Translations under genes and position numbers: made by a program
Part shown: positions 17,904 to 26,883 of the stretch, piece by piece
Layout: each line of letters starts with the position of its first letter
How positions within the stretch are numbered: position 1 is the first letter of the stretch
Notes under the pieces: model-generated
Seen by the model: the letters and a program-made list of their open reading frames with translations, nothing else
Database searches by the model: none
What the model was told of the DNA's origin: nothing
Assembly: GCA_949283785.1 (NCBI GenBank)
Contig: CASDTR010000003.1
Coordinates: 2,852 to 66,851 of the forward strand
Direction of reading: 5' to 3'
Length of the DNA: 64,000 bases
From: an uncultured Oscillospiraceae bacterium
GTDB lineage: Bacteria > Bacillota > Clostridia > Oscillospirales > Acutalibacteraceae

Positions 17904-19378
17904 CAGTCTACCTCAATCTTAAAACATATGGGCATGGTGTCAGTAATTTTTTCATCGGTTCTGATCGTAAGATATTTCTTTGAAAAATCATATTCTGCCT
18001 GTGTGCCGTCTCCGAGGACGGTTATGTTTTTAATAACAAAATTAAACATATCCATGCTGTGGGCAAGGGATTTGATTTTAAATTTCTTCCTGCCTGCGGG
18101 AACAAGGACAAAAGCATATATGACGCCGTTTCTGTATGTAAAACGGTAATCTTTTCGGGTGTAATGATAATTTTCCCTGAAGGAACCGTTTTTCTGAACC
18201 TTTCCCTCTCCGAACACCTTGTAGGGAGAAGTACCCCAGATGGCTTCGGCATTTTTCTTTGTCCATTTGCCCATTTCCGTGAGGATTCTCGTCTCCTCCT
18301 CACAGACAGTTCCGTCAGCCCTGGGGCCGATATTCAGAACATAGCATCCGTTTTTGGAAATGACGTCGGCCATGTTGCAGGCGATTTCCTTGGGAGATTT
18401 ATATTTATTAGTGGTACAGTATGACCATGCGTTTTTCGCCGCGGAAGTTTCGCTCTGCCATATATACGGGCTTATTCCCGGAAGCTGTCCGCGCTCCCTG
18501 TCAAAGACAGCGCAGTTATACATTACCGCGTCGGATTTGTAATAAACGCAGACTTCTTTTCCCCACTCCAGAGAACGGTTGTAGTAATAGGCAAGAAATT
18601 TTTTAAGGTACGGCCTGAACGCTTTATACGAAACCCACCAGTCAAAAAACAGCGAGGAGGGCTCATAGCGGTCAATAAGCTCACAGGAAGAGACAAGCCA
18701 GTCCTCCAGCCACTCCTTTGTAGGCTCTATGCCGTGTTCCTGCCTGAGGAGCGTGAAAAGATTGTTTCGCTTGTGAACGCCCTCACAGGGACCGTAAAAG
18801 GAACGGTATTCCTCGTGAAGCGTCTCGTTATCATAACCGACGGTCCTGCCTCCGTTCATGAACCAGAAATGCTCCGCCCTGTGGCTGGAGGCTGAAAATA
18901 TCATTGAGTTTTTTTCGCATGAGGATTTTATTTCGCCTAAAATATCCCTCTCGGGGCCCATGTTGACACTGTTCCATTCGCTCAGGGCACTGTTATACAT
19001 TTTAAAGCCGTCGTGGTGCTCTCCCACGGGCATTACAAATTTGGCTCCCGCGCTTTTTATAAGCTTTATCCAGCTGTCCGCATCGAACTTTTCTGCCCTG
19101 AACATGGGGATGAAATCACGGTAATTGAAGCTTTTTCCGTATCTCTTTCTGTGGTGCAGGTAAACGGGATTTCCTTTATAGTACATCAGGCGGCAATACC
19201 ATTCGCTGAAATAGGCGGGAACGGCATAGACTCCCCAATGTATGAAAACTCCGAACTTCGCCTCTCTGTACCAACGGGCAGCGGGATAGCGGGAGAGACT
19301 TTCCCAGTTATCCTTATATTTTCCGTTTTCTATGACCTCGTCTATTCTTACAAGATAATCTTTTATTAAACTGCTCAT
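17903..19378 (-). CDS. GH29 family alpha-L-fucosidase, cytoplasmic
   Basis: The GH29 N-terminal catalytic region is present (AKFGVFIHWGVYAVPAYFSEWY; HHDGFKMYNS). I moved the start to ATG 19378 (GGAG 8 nt upstream) rather than TTG 19399. Confidence 0.88.
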   Translation of the reverse strand: MSSLIKDYLVRIDEVIENGKYKDNWESLSRYPAARWYREAKFGVFIHWGVYAVPAYFSEWYCRLMYYKGNPVYLHHRKRYGKSFNYRDFIPMFRAEKFDADSWIKLIKSAGAKFVMPVGEHHDGFKMYNSALSEWNSVNMGPERDILGEIKSSCEKNSMIFSASSHRAEHFWFMNGGRTVGYDNETLHEEYRSFYGPCEGVHKRNNLFTLLRQEHGIEPTKEWLEDWLVSSCELIDRYEPSSLFFDWWVSYKAFRPYLKKFLAYYYNRSLEWGKEVCVYYKSDAVMYNCAVFDRERGQLPGISPYIWQSETSAAKNAWSYCTTNKYKSPKEIACNMADVISKNGCYVLNIGPRADGTVCEEETRILTEMGKWTKKNAEAIWGTSPYKVFGEGKVQKNGSFRENYHYTRKDYRFTYRNGVIYAFVLVPAGRKKFKIKSLAHSMDMFNFVIKNITVLGDGTQAEYDFSKKYLTIRTDEKITDTMPICFKIEVD

Positions 19379-19399
19379 CACACTGCTCCGAGAAATCAA

Positions 19400-21073
19400 T
19401 CATATGTCCGAAACAACATTTTCAACATTTTTAACGGTGATAAAATCCCCTTTGTTATGGACGACCTTATTATTTCTCACCGTCAGGCTTCTTGCTGATT
19501 TGGCGCTTATGCCTCCGTTTTCGGGGCTTGCAAATATATTTCCCTCAATGAGGAAATCACCGTGGACGCTGCCCTCGTTAACGGAGTTTTCAGGGAGTAT
19601 CCAGATATTTTTGCCGCTTCCGCAGGTAAGAAATTTGTTGTTCCTTATGGTTACGTCCCGCACCATTCCGCTTTCATACCAGCTTTTGGCGTCGTCGGAA
19701 AAAAGTATGCTGCTCATCTGAGTATCTGCAAAAATATTGTTTTCCACAACTACCTTGCCCCTCGTTGTAATGAGAAGCCCTCTTGTAATTATTCTCGTAA
19801 GCTCATTGCCTGCAAAATACAGGTTCGGGCAGGCTGTCACATCTTCTATGACCATGCCTTTTTTAGCGCCGTCCGCTGAATCCACCGAAAGCAAAATCGT
19901 ATATTCATCCGCAAGAGAGGATGAGATTATTTTTGCTTTGCCTTTACTTAGCATTGACTTTGTATCAATATACTCAATATCGTCGCCTGCCCTGAGGGGG
20001 TTGAAGCCGTGGGTCTGAGGATGCATGAACCTGACCTTAAGCACTCCGCCTTCTTTGCTCTTTTCTATACTTTCTATTTTAAAATGTATTCCGTGTACGT
20101 TCAGGCAGTCGTCTCCCGCTCCTTGATAAAAGCCGTCCGTTATATTGACATTGCCTCTGCACATACATATCTGCATAAAATCTGCAACGGAAGCCATAAG
20201 CCTTGCTCCTCCCTTTTCGGGAGAAAAATCAGCTTTTTCGATGTTTATGTTTTCGCAGTCCTGAGCTACAAAGGCAAGAGAATAATTAAATCTCTGGGCG
20301 ACGCTGCGCAGAGTGAGATTTTTGCACCTCTGAGCAAAAATGCCGGCGTATTTTCTCCTTACGTCAAAAAGGTAAAATCTATCGCCCTTTTTGATTTTCT
20401 TAGGCAAGGCAAAATAGGCTCTGAACAGGTGTGGGGAAAGCTCCTTTATTTTGCGGCATCCCAAAAGCGGATGATTTACCCGCTTTACACTGTCGGGTGC
20501 TGATTTTCTGATTCTGCCTATCCAATGGGCATTCAAAGCGCTGTCGGTAAAGCCTACGGTGTAATCCTTCCCTTTAAAAGCAAAGCCTTTTTCCGTTTTG
20601 ATATAATCGCTTTCCCTGTCCAAACTGAAATCAACGCAAAAAGGCATAACCCTTTCCGCTGTCAGCTCATGCATATCAGGGTTGACAGTCTTAAAAGTTA
20701 TGTCTTCAACGGTAATATTTTCACAGTCGCTTAAAGCCATATTGGTGCATTGTCCCTCAATTACAAATACGGCTCCCTCACCTTTTATATAAAGGTCATT
20801 AATGCCTTTGAGGTTCAAAGCGGCTCTGTTTTCATGAGGAATCTCCTCTTTTTTAAATTCTCCGTCCCCTACGGTGTTGGTTATGAAAAATAGCTCTTTT
20901 TCGCACTTTGAGGCGTCTATAAAATATTCGCCGTTTTCAAAAAGCAGCTCTTTTCGGCCCTTTGTATCGGCAAGGCTGCCGAAAAGCTCAGTAAGCTCTT
21001 TTTCCACTTCCCTGCCGGGAACAATGCCGAAATCGGAAGCGTAAATTTTTACGGTCTTATCGCAGTAATTCAT
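19400..21073 (-). CDS. right-handed parallel beta-helix protein, probable glycosidase (family unassigned)
   Basis: Repetitive beta-helix-type segments are present (NITVEDITF, NLTLRSV, NINIEKADF, VNITDGFY, VVVENNIF, VTIRNNKF, FLIEGNIF, LTVRNNKV). It sits inside the glycosidase operon. ATG 21073 is preferred over TTG 21082. Confidence 0.55.
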   Translation of the reverse strand: MNYCDKTVKIYASDFGIVPGREVEKELTELFGSLADTKGRKELLFENGEYFIDASKCEKELFFITNTVGDGEFKKEEIPHENRAALNLKGINDLYIKGEGAVFVIEGQCTNMALSDCENITVEDITFKTVNPDMHELTAERVMPFCVDFSLDRESDYIKTEKGFAFKGKDYTVGFTDSALNAHWIGRIRKSAPDSVKRVNHPLLGCRKIKELSPHLFRAYFALPKKIKKGDRFYLFDVRRKYAGIFAQRCKNLTLRSVAQRFNYSLAFVAQDCENINIEKADFSPEKGGARLMASVADFMQICMCRGNVNITDGFYQGAGDDCLNVHGIHFKIESIEKSKEGGVLKVRFMHPQTHGFNPLRAGDDIEYIDTKSMLSKGKAKIISSSLADEYTILLSVDSADGAKKGMVIEDVTACPNLYFAGNELTRIITRGLLITTRGKVVVENNIFADTQMSSILFSDDAKSWYESGMVRDVTIRNNKFLTCGSGKNIWILPENSVNEGSVHGDFLIEGNIFASPENGGISAKSARSLTVRNNKVVHNKGDFITVKNVENVVSDI

Positions 21074-21078
21074 AAAGC

Positions 21079-21954
21079 TCAATCCTCTACCATATTTTTG
21101 ATTTTTTCAGGCACGGTAAGATTTTTAAATCCGTAAAAGCTTTCGGCGTTTTTGCCGAAAAACAGTTCCTTTTCTTCGTCGCTGAGCTCCTTTGATCTTA
21201 AAATAAAATCAAAGCTCATTTTATATGTAATCGCGGTCATGGTTCTCGGATAATCGCTGCCCCACATGAGCTTTTCCATTCCGCAGATTTCAGCCGCTTC
21301 TTTTATAGCCTTCACAGCAGAGGGGAAGGGATAAAACTCACTGTTGAAAAGCCAGGTGATTCCGCCGCTTTCAATAAAGACGTTTTTATGCCTTGCAAGG
21401 CGTATCTGCTCCTTCCAGCCCTCGCGGGTCACCATGCCGAAATGGCCTATGGCAATTTTAAGGTCGGGCAGCTCGGCTATTATCTCATTCATGGCTCCCG
21501 TCTGGGCGTCGCCGTCGGCAAGGTCCACGGAAATATATTTTCCCTTTTCGGCAGCCTCTCTGAAAACTTCAAAATGCTTTGTAAGGTCCTTGGTTTTGAG
21601 CCTTCCCGCACAGAGTTTTATGCCGTCAAAACCCTCCAGAGTATAGGGCATACCCTCGCGGTAGAGAGAGCATACGCGGAACCTTTCGGGATACTTTGCT
21701 TTTACCTCCAAAAGGTAAGCGTCCTGATTGCCGTCGATTTCCTCCTGAGTTACGGCGCAGGCCGAAACTCCCGCGTAATCCATATTGGAGAGGAGCACCT
21801 CGGCGCTGTTTACTCCGTCTGTCATATAGGGCGGCAGCATCTGCTTTATCTCCCCGCCGAAATCACTGCGTCCGTTTTCAAGAGGTATAACCCTTCGGCC
21901 GTCCACAAGTCCGTCCTGCTTTTTCCAAAGATGAAGATGCGCATCTATAATCAA
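21079..21954 (-). CDS. amidohydrolase_2 (cog3618-like) family hydrolase, candidate sugar-acid lactonase
   Basis: It has the N-terminal metal motif IIDAHLHLW, a C-terminal WGSDYP and is 291 aa. This architecture matches L-fucono/L-galactono-1,5-lactonase-type amidohydrolases. Confidence 0.7.
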   Translation of the reverse strand: MIIDAHLHLWKKQDGLVDGRRVIPLENGRSDFGGEIKQMLPPYMTDGVNSAEVLLSNMDYAGVSACAVTQEEIDGNQDAYLLEVKAKYPERFRVCSLYREGMPYTLEGFDGIKLCAGRLKTKDLTKHFEVFREAAEKGKYISVDLADGDAQTGAMNEIIAELPDLKIAIGHFGMVTREGWKEQIRLARHKNVFIESGGITWLFNSEFYPFPSAVKAIKEAAEICGMEKLMWGSDYPRTMTAITYKMSFDFILRSKELSDEEKELFFGKNAESFYGFKNLTVPEKIKNMVED

Positions 21955-23339
21955 AGTGTAACACCGTCCTTAAAAATAGCTATCTCTCTGTATCCGTTCT
22001 TTTCGTTATTGGTTTCTTTGCCGCCTGCAACGTCAAAGACGTATCTGACAAACTCTTTCGACAAATCCGCTCCCGCAAGCATATCTCCCGCTCCGAAATC
22101 TATCCAGTGGGGCTTGTTTTCTTTAAGGAAGTTGTTGGTGGCAATCTTTATTGTGGGTACGGGCGCGCCGAGAGGAGTACCCCTGCCAGTTGTAAATAAA
22201 ATGATATGGCATCCCGAAGCGGCAAGGTTTGTGACCGCCACAATATCGTTGCCTGGGCCTTTCAGAAGGCTGAGGCCCTGCTTGACACATTTTTCGCCGA
22301 TGTCAAGGACGTCCACAACGTGAACACGTCCGCCCTTCTGAACACAGCCCAGGGATTTTTCCTCAAGGGTCGTGATTCCTCCCGCCTTGTTTCCGGGAGA
22401 GGGATTTTCATAAACGGGCTGACCGTGATCCATAAAGTATCTCTTGTAATCGTTTATAAGCTTTACGGTTTTATCGAACACCTCGCGGGAGACGCAGCGG
22501 TTCATGAGTATTGTCTCCGCTCCGAACATTTCGGGAACTTCTGACAGTACGGTGCAGCCCCCCATAGCTGTGAAAATATCGGTAAACTGACCCACCAGCG
22601 GATTTGCGGTGATTCCCGAAAAGCCGTCGCTTCCGCCGCATTTAAGACCCACTTTAAGCCGAGACGCTTTTACGGGCACTTTTTTATCCTCGGCGGCCTG
22701 AGCCTTCAGCTCTTCGATTATTCTTACGCCTTCCGCTATTTCGTCGCCGCACTCCTGCACCGAAAGAAAGCGCACTCTTTTTTCATCGTAATTCCCCAGT
22801 ACCTTTTTGAGCTCCGGGATATTGTTGTTTTCGCAGCCGAGACCCAGCACAAGCACGCCTCCCGCATTTGGATGCTTTATAAGTCCGCAGAGGATTTTCT
22901 GAGTAGTTTTGTGGTCGTCTCCCAGCTGGCTGCATCCGTAGGGGTGAGGAAATGCAAAGGCTCCCGTCTTTTCGCTGAGAATTGCCGCGGTTTTATTTAC
23001 GCAGCCCACGGTGTTTATTATCCAGATATCGTTCCTTATGCCGATTTCACCGTTTTTACGCTCATAGGCCATTATCTCGGGAGACTCCAGCGGCTTTATC
23101 CTGGGTATTTCGGGAGTATATTCATATTCGAGGATGTCGCTGAGTCCCGTTTTGAGATTATGGGAGTGTACCTGCTCGCCCTCCTCAATATCCTGAGAGG
23201 CGACGCCTATTGGAAAGCCGTACTTTATAACCCTTTCGCCCTCATTTATATGGCGAAGGGCTTTTTTGTGGCCTGTTTCAATGTTTACCGCAACATTGTC
23301 CTTTTCGTGTATTTTAATGAATCCCTTTAAATTGTCCAT
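21951..23339 (-). CDS. uxaA: UxaA-family sugar-acid dehydratase (altronate dehydratase-like)
   Basis: It has an N-terminal SAF domain (IKIHEKDNVAV...VIKYGFPIGVASQDIEEGEQVHSHNL) followed by the UxaA/GarD C-terminal body. It is 462 aa. The substrate is not proven. Confidence 0.8.
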   Translation of the reverse strand: MDNLKGFIKIHEKDNVAVNIETGHKKALRHINEGERVIKYGFPIGVASQDIEEGEQVHSHNLKTGLSDILEYEYTPEIPRIKPLESPEIMAYERKNGEIGIRNDIWIINTVGCVNKTAAILSEKTGAFAFPHPYGCSQLGDDHKTTQKILCGLIKHPNAGGVLVLGLGCENNNIPELKKVLGNYDEKRVRFLSVQECGDEIAEGVRIIEELKAQAAEDKKVPVKASRLKVGLKCGGSDGFSGITANPLVGQFTDIFTAMGGCTVLSEVPEMFGAETILMNRCVSREVFDKTVKLINDYKRYFMDHGQPVYENPSPGNKAGGITTLEEKSLGCVQKGGRVHVVDVLDIGEKCVKQGLSLLKGPGNDIVAVTNLAASGCHIILFTTGRGTPLGAPVPTIKIATNNFLKENKPHWIDFGAGDMLAGADLSKEFVRYVFDVAGGKETNNEKNGYREIAIFKDGVTL

Positions 23340-24649
23340 TCCATGGCCCTCTTCATGCCGAGAGTGTGAATTTTATCGAGACAGATTTCAACCTTTTCTT
23401 TCATATCTGAAATATCTTCTCCCCAAAGCTCACTGTTTTTGAGGATCTCGTCAACCGAAGCGTTTTTCATAAACTCCTCCACCTCGGGAAGATCCTGAGG
23501 CTTATCGGTCTTGTAGAATTCGATGAGAGCCGCCAGAGCCATTGTAAGCGAAAGGGGATATTCGCCTTTCTGCTCCTTATATTCGAGGATTGTGGGAAGC
23601 ACGCGGACAGAGAATTTGCTCACGCTGTTAAGGGCGATCGAGCGGAGCATATGCTTTATATAAGGATTGGCAAAGCGCTCCAAAACCGCGTTGGCGAAAT
23701 TCTCGTCCTCAGCGCTTCCGCCGAGAGTGGGAACTATTTCCTCAAAGAGACATTTTTTAAGGAAGCTGCCGACAACCTCGTCATTTACGCACTCACCGAC
23801 GGTTTCAAGACCCGAAAGCAGCGCTCCCGTCACCATTGAGGTGTGGCCGCCGTTGAGAATCCTTACCTTGCGCTTTTTGTAGGGAGCAACATCGTCCGTC
23901 CAGACGACGTTGAAGCCTGCTTTGCGAAGGGGAAGCTCATCCTCAAAATTGCCCTCGATCACCCAAAGGTGAAAAATCTCCGCCGTATCTAGAAGCTTAT
24001 CCTCATATCCCAGCTCCTCGCAGAGAGCCTGAGCCTCATCGGCAGGATAGCCCGTTACGATTCTGTCAACAAGAGTGTTGCAGAAGCTGTTTTCCTCAAG
24101 GAGCCATTTTTTGAAATCCTCGCCCAAATTCCACTTGTCGGCATATTTGAGCACGCACTTTTTAAGCTCGTCGCCGTTGTGGTCGATAAGCTCGCAGGAA
24201 AGGATGATGAAGCCTTTAAGCCCCGCCTTAAATCTTTCGTGAAGCAAAAGGGTAATCTTTGCGGGGAAGGATGAGGGCGGTGCGTCGGTTATTTCGCAGG
24301 AGTCGTCATAGGCGATACCCGCCTCGGTGGTATTTGAAACGATAAAGCGGAAATCGGGATCGCGCGCAAGGGCAAGATAAGCCTCAAAATCCTCATAAGG
24401 GTTTACGGCTCTCGAAACACTCCTGATTTTTGTGTGCTCACATATCTCTTTGCCGTCCTGTATTCCTCTGAGATAAAGGTTATATTCGCCCTTCTGGGCA
24501 TTGATAGTATCCGTAAGGCCCTTTGCGATAGGCTGAACTATAACAACGCTGCCGTCAAAGAGTCCCTTTTCATTGAGCTTATGTATAAAGTAATCCACAA
24601 AGCCTCTGAGGAAATTTCCCTCACCGAACTGAATTATCTTTTCTGTCAT
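23327..24649 (-). CDS. uxaB: mannitol-dehydrogenase-family tagaturonate reductase-like oxidoreductase
   Basis: Its N-terminus, IIQFGEGNFLRGFVDYFI, is typical of UxaB (altronate oxidoreductase). It is 440 aa and overlaps the uxaA-like start by 13 nt. Confidence 0.8.
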   Translation of the reverse strand: MTEKIIQFGEGNFLRGFVDYFIHKLNEKGLFDGSVVIVQPIAKGLTDTINAQKGEYNLYLRGIQDGKEICEHTKIRSVSRAVNPYEDFEAYLALARDPDFRFIVSNTTEAGIAYDDSCEITDAPPSSFPAKITLLLHERFKAGLKGFIILSCELIDHNGDELKKCVLKYADKWNLGEDFKKWLLEENSFCNTLVDRIVTGYPADEAQALCEELGYEDKLLDTAEIFHLWVIEGNFEDELPLRKAGFNVVWTDDVAPYKKRKVRILNGGHTSMVTGALLSGLETVGECVNDEVVGSFLKKCLFEEIVPTLGGSAEDENFANAVLERFANPYIKHMLRSIALNSVSKFSVRVLPTILEYKEQKGEYPLSLTMALAALIEFYKTDKPQDLPEVEEFMKNASVDEILKNSELWGEDISDMKEKVEICLDKIHTLGMKRAMEWTI

Positions 24650-24660
24650 TTTCCGTCACC

Positions 24661-25677
24661 TCAGCCTATTTTTACAAGGAGCTTTGCAAGGTCTCCCTTG
24701 TTGTTTGCAAGAGCCTTGAAGGCTTCCACGGCGTTATCCATTTCATAGACGCCGCTTACCATTTTCAGCACGTCAACCTTGCCCGCCGCCACCATGTCGA
24801 TAAGGGCAAGGAAATCACTGCCGTAGGAATTGCGGCTGCCGAAAACGTTGAGCTCCTTCTTTAAAAGAATTGAATGGCAGAAGGTGGTATCCTTTTTGCC
24901 GTTTCCTATGAGAATGATATTTGCGCCGAAGGCTGCCTGCTCAATGCAGGAAAGGAAGGTTACGGGAAGTCCGCAGGCCTCAACGCAAACGTCAAAGCCG
25001 TTTCCGTCGGTAAACTCGGCGCTCTTTTCGGAGAGATTTTCTTTGCCCGTATTTATAACCATATCCGCTCCGTACTCTTTTGCAAGGGCAAGGCGGTTAT
25101 CGAGAAGGTCCGCTATAGCAACCTTTGCACCCTTTTGTTTTGCGGAAATGAGGGCAAAAAGGCCTATGGGCCCCGAACCCATAATAAGGACGTTGTCCCC
25201 TTCCTTTACCTCGGCTCTGGAAAGGGCGTGATATCCGATTGAGAAAGGTTCTATGAGGGCAAGCTCCTTTGCCGAAAGCCCCTTGCCGCGATAAATTCTC
25301 TCAATGGGCATTGCAACATATTCTGCGAAGCTGCCGTCCCTCTGAACGCCCATGGTGCGGTTATCGGTGCAGGCGTTTACAAGGCCTCTCTTGCAGGAGT
25401 AGCAGGTTCCGCAGTTAAAATACGGGTTAGCTGTTACAATATCGCCCACTTTAAGTCCCCTGTCGTTTTCGCCTATCTGCGCGATTTCGGCGCTGAACTC
25501 ATGGCCGGGGATTCTGGGGTATGTGGTAAAGGGCTGATTGCCCGTAAAGCTTGCCACGTCTGCGCCGCAGATTCCGCAATAAAGTATTTTAAGAAGGGCC
25601 TCTCCCTCTTTTACCTCGGGCATTTCCGCCTCTCTGATTTCGATCTGACCCGGTTCAATAATCTGTACTGTTTTCAT
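24661..25677 (-). CDS. zinc-dependent MDR dehydrogenase (L-galactonate 5-dehydrogenase / sorbitol dehydrogenase class)
   Basis: It has the catalytic zinc motif GICGADV...GHE, the structural Cys cluster CGTCYSCKRGLVNAC, and the Rossmann motif GSGPIGL. The segment GNQPFTTYPRIPGHE resembles what I recall of E. coli LgoD. Confidence 0.75.
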   Translation of the reverse strand: MKTVQIIEPGQIEIREAEMPEVKEGEALLKILYCGICGADVASFTGNQPFTTYPRIPGHEFSAEIAQIGENDRGLKVGDIVTANPYFNCGTCYSCKRGLVNACTDNRTMGVQRDGSFAEYVAMPIERIYRGKGLSAKELALIEPFSIGYHALSRAEVKEGDNVLIMGSGPIGLFALISAKQKGAKVAIADLLDNRLALAKEYGADMVINTGKENLSEKSAEFTDGNGFDVCVEACGLPVTFLSCIEQAAFGANIILIGNGKKDTTFCHSILLKKELNVFGSRNSYGSDFLALIDMVAAGKVDVLKMVSGVYEMDNAVEAFKALANNKGDLAKLLVKIG

Positions 25678-26882
25678 TATTTATCCATCTCCATATAATT
25701 TTTGTTCCAGACAACGGCCGTTTTAAGGGGCGCCGCCTTTGAATATATTTTGTTTTCGTATGCGTCAATGGGGTCGGCGATAAACTCGTCCTTGTCGATA
25801 AGCTCCACTATTTCGTCAAAGCGGCTTTCGCTGAGGATTTCTATTGCCTTTTCCATATGTGCCTGAGTAAAGTTGATTGAGGCGAAAATCACATGGTTCT
25901 CAAATCCGAAGGGCATTGTGTCGAAGGTTATCTTCGGACCCAGAGAAAAACTGTTGTATATTCCGTTGCAGCCGAGAACCTTTCGCTCAAAGGCCACTCG
26001 GTGCTCAACGTTCGTGCCGCTTACGCCTACAAAAACGGTAGCTCTTCCGCCGAGCTTTTTAATTATATTCTCAGCCGTCTCCTCTTCGCTCATGGAATCG
26101 GTGCAGAGATAATCGGCCTTGACCACTTCCTCGGCAAATTTCACCTTAGGCGCCTCTTCAGAGCTTCTGCCCACAAAGAGGATTTTCGCCTTTTCATGGT
26201 TTCGTCTTATCTGGTCGCCTATGAAAAGTCCCGTTGTGCCGAGACCGAAAATCACAACTCTGTCAAAGGTGCTCTCCCTTGCGTACTCCATCGCCTCGGC
26301 TACGCTGCATTTTCTCTTGGCCATTTCCACTCGGAAATTCTGCGCCATACCTATATCCTCCATGCGCTCGTGCTGGAACACGGCGCAGGCGTAAGGGTCG
26401 GAGAACACAAGCTTTTTAGCAAGGGAAAGGGGAAGCTTTTCGAGTCCCTCATATTTTTCGGGAAAGTGCAGCAGCATCTGAGGGTTGAAATAGTTTTTGT
26501 CACAAAAGAGGCCGTCGGCGCCGTCGCAGCCGTACTCAAAATATGTCTCATCCTCCGTGTAGCGGGTGGGGTCCCAGCTGTCGCCGCCCCTTATGAGGAC
26601 AATGGCAAATCTGTTTTCCGAAGGAACCCACACTACGCCCTCATGGCCGTTTATGAGCCTTTTTTCACCCTCGGGGAATTTGGCGTCAAGGTTTCCCGCT
26701 CTGCCCATTTTCATAAGCTCAAAATCAGTGCCGCAGAAGCCGTTAAACACGGGGACCGCTTCAACTCCCTCAAGCTTTTCCTCGCCTCTGAGCCTCTGAC
26801 GGGGAGGATTGATGAGATTTACCTCTCCGTATTTTAAAGGCTCAGCCTCGCTGTTTTGAAAATATGTACCCATTGTTTTCAT
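25677..26882 (-). CDS. atypical MDR-superfamily dehydrogenase (glucose-1-dehydrogenase-like), candidate aldose 1-dehydrogenase
   Basis: It has GFCGTDFE ... INGHEGVVWV (MDR catalytic-zinc ligand pattern) and the Rossmann segment IFGLGTTGLFIG. It is 401 aa and lacks the structural-zinc Cys cluster. Confidence 0.55.
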   Translation of the reverse strand: MKTMGTYFQNSEAEPLKYGEVNLINPPRQRLRGEEKLEGVEAVPVFNGFCGTDFELMKMGRAGNLDAKFPEGEKRLINGHEGVVWVPSENRFAIVLIRGGDSWDPTRYTEDETYFEYGCDGADGLFCDKNYFNPQMLLHFPEKYEGLEKLPLSLAKKLVFSDPYACAVFQHERMEDIGMAQNFRVEMAKRKCSVAEAMEYARESTFDRVVIFGLGTTGLFIGDQIRRNHEKAKILFVGRSSEEAPKVKFAEEVVKADYLCTDSMSEEETAENIIKKLGGRATVFVGVSGTNVEHRVAFERKVLGCNGIYNSFSLGPKITFDTMPFGFENHVIFASINFTQAHMEKAIEILSESRFDEIVELIDKDEFIADPIDAYENKIYSKAAPLKTAVVWNKNYMEMDK

Positions 26883-26883
26883 T

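Noticed and set aside
21951-24649. Reading uxaB-uxaA simply as the classical galacturonate (Ashwell) pathway.
   Set aside because: uxaC, a hexuronate transporter and kdgK/kdgA are all absent from the operon. The pair is instead fused to a lactonase and two dehydrogenases among fucosidase-type genes. The classical reading remains the null hypothesis and is listed under the refutation criteria for the main finding.
25893-26837. A 314-aa + strand ORF antisense to the 401-aa dehydrogenase. Similar long antisense ORFs occur at 21388-22323, 27316-28104, 34210-35130, 2845-3615, 11947-12558 and 14644-15189.
   Set aside because: Each lies fully inside a sense gene with clear family motifs. None has a plausible RBS or promoter or a recognisable domain. 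The pattern recurs across the GC-richer genes, which fits a codon-bias artefact.
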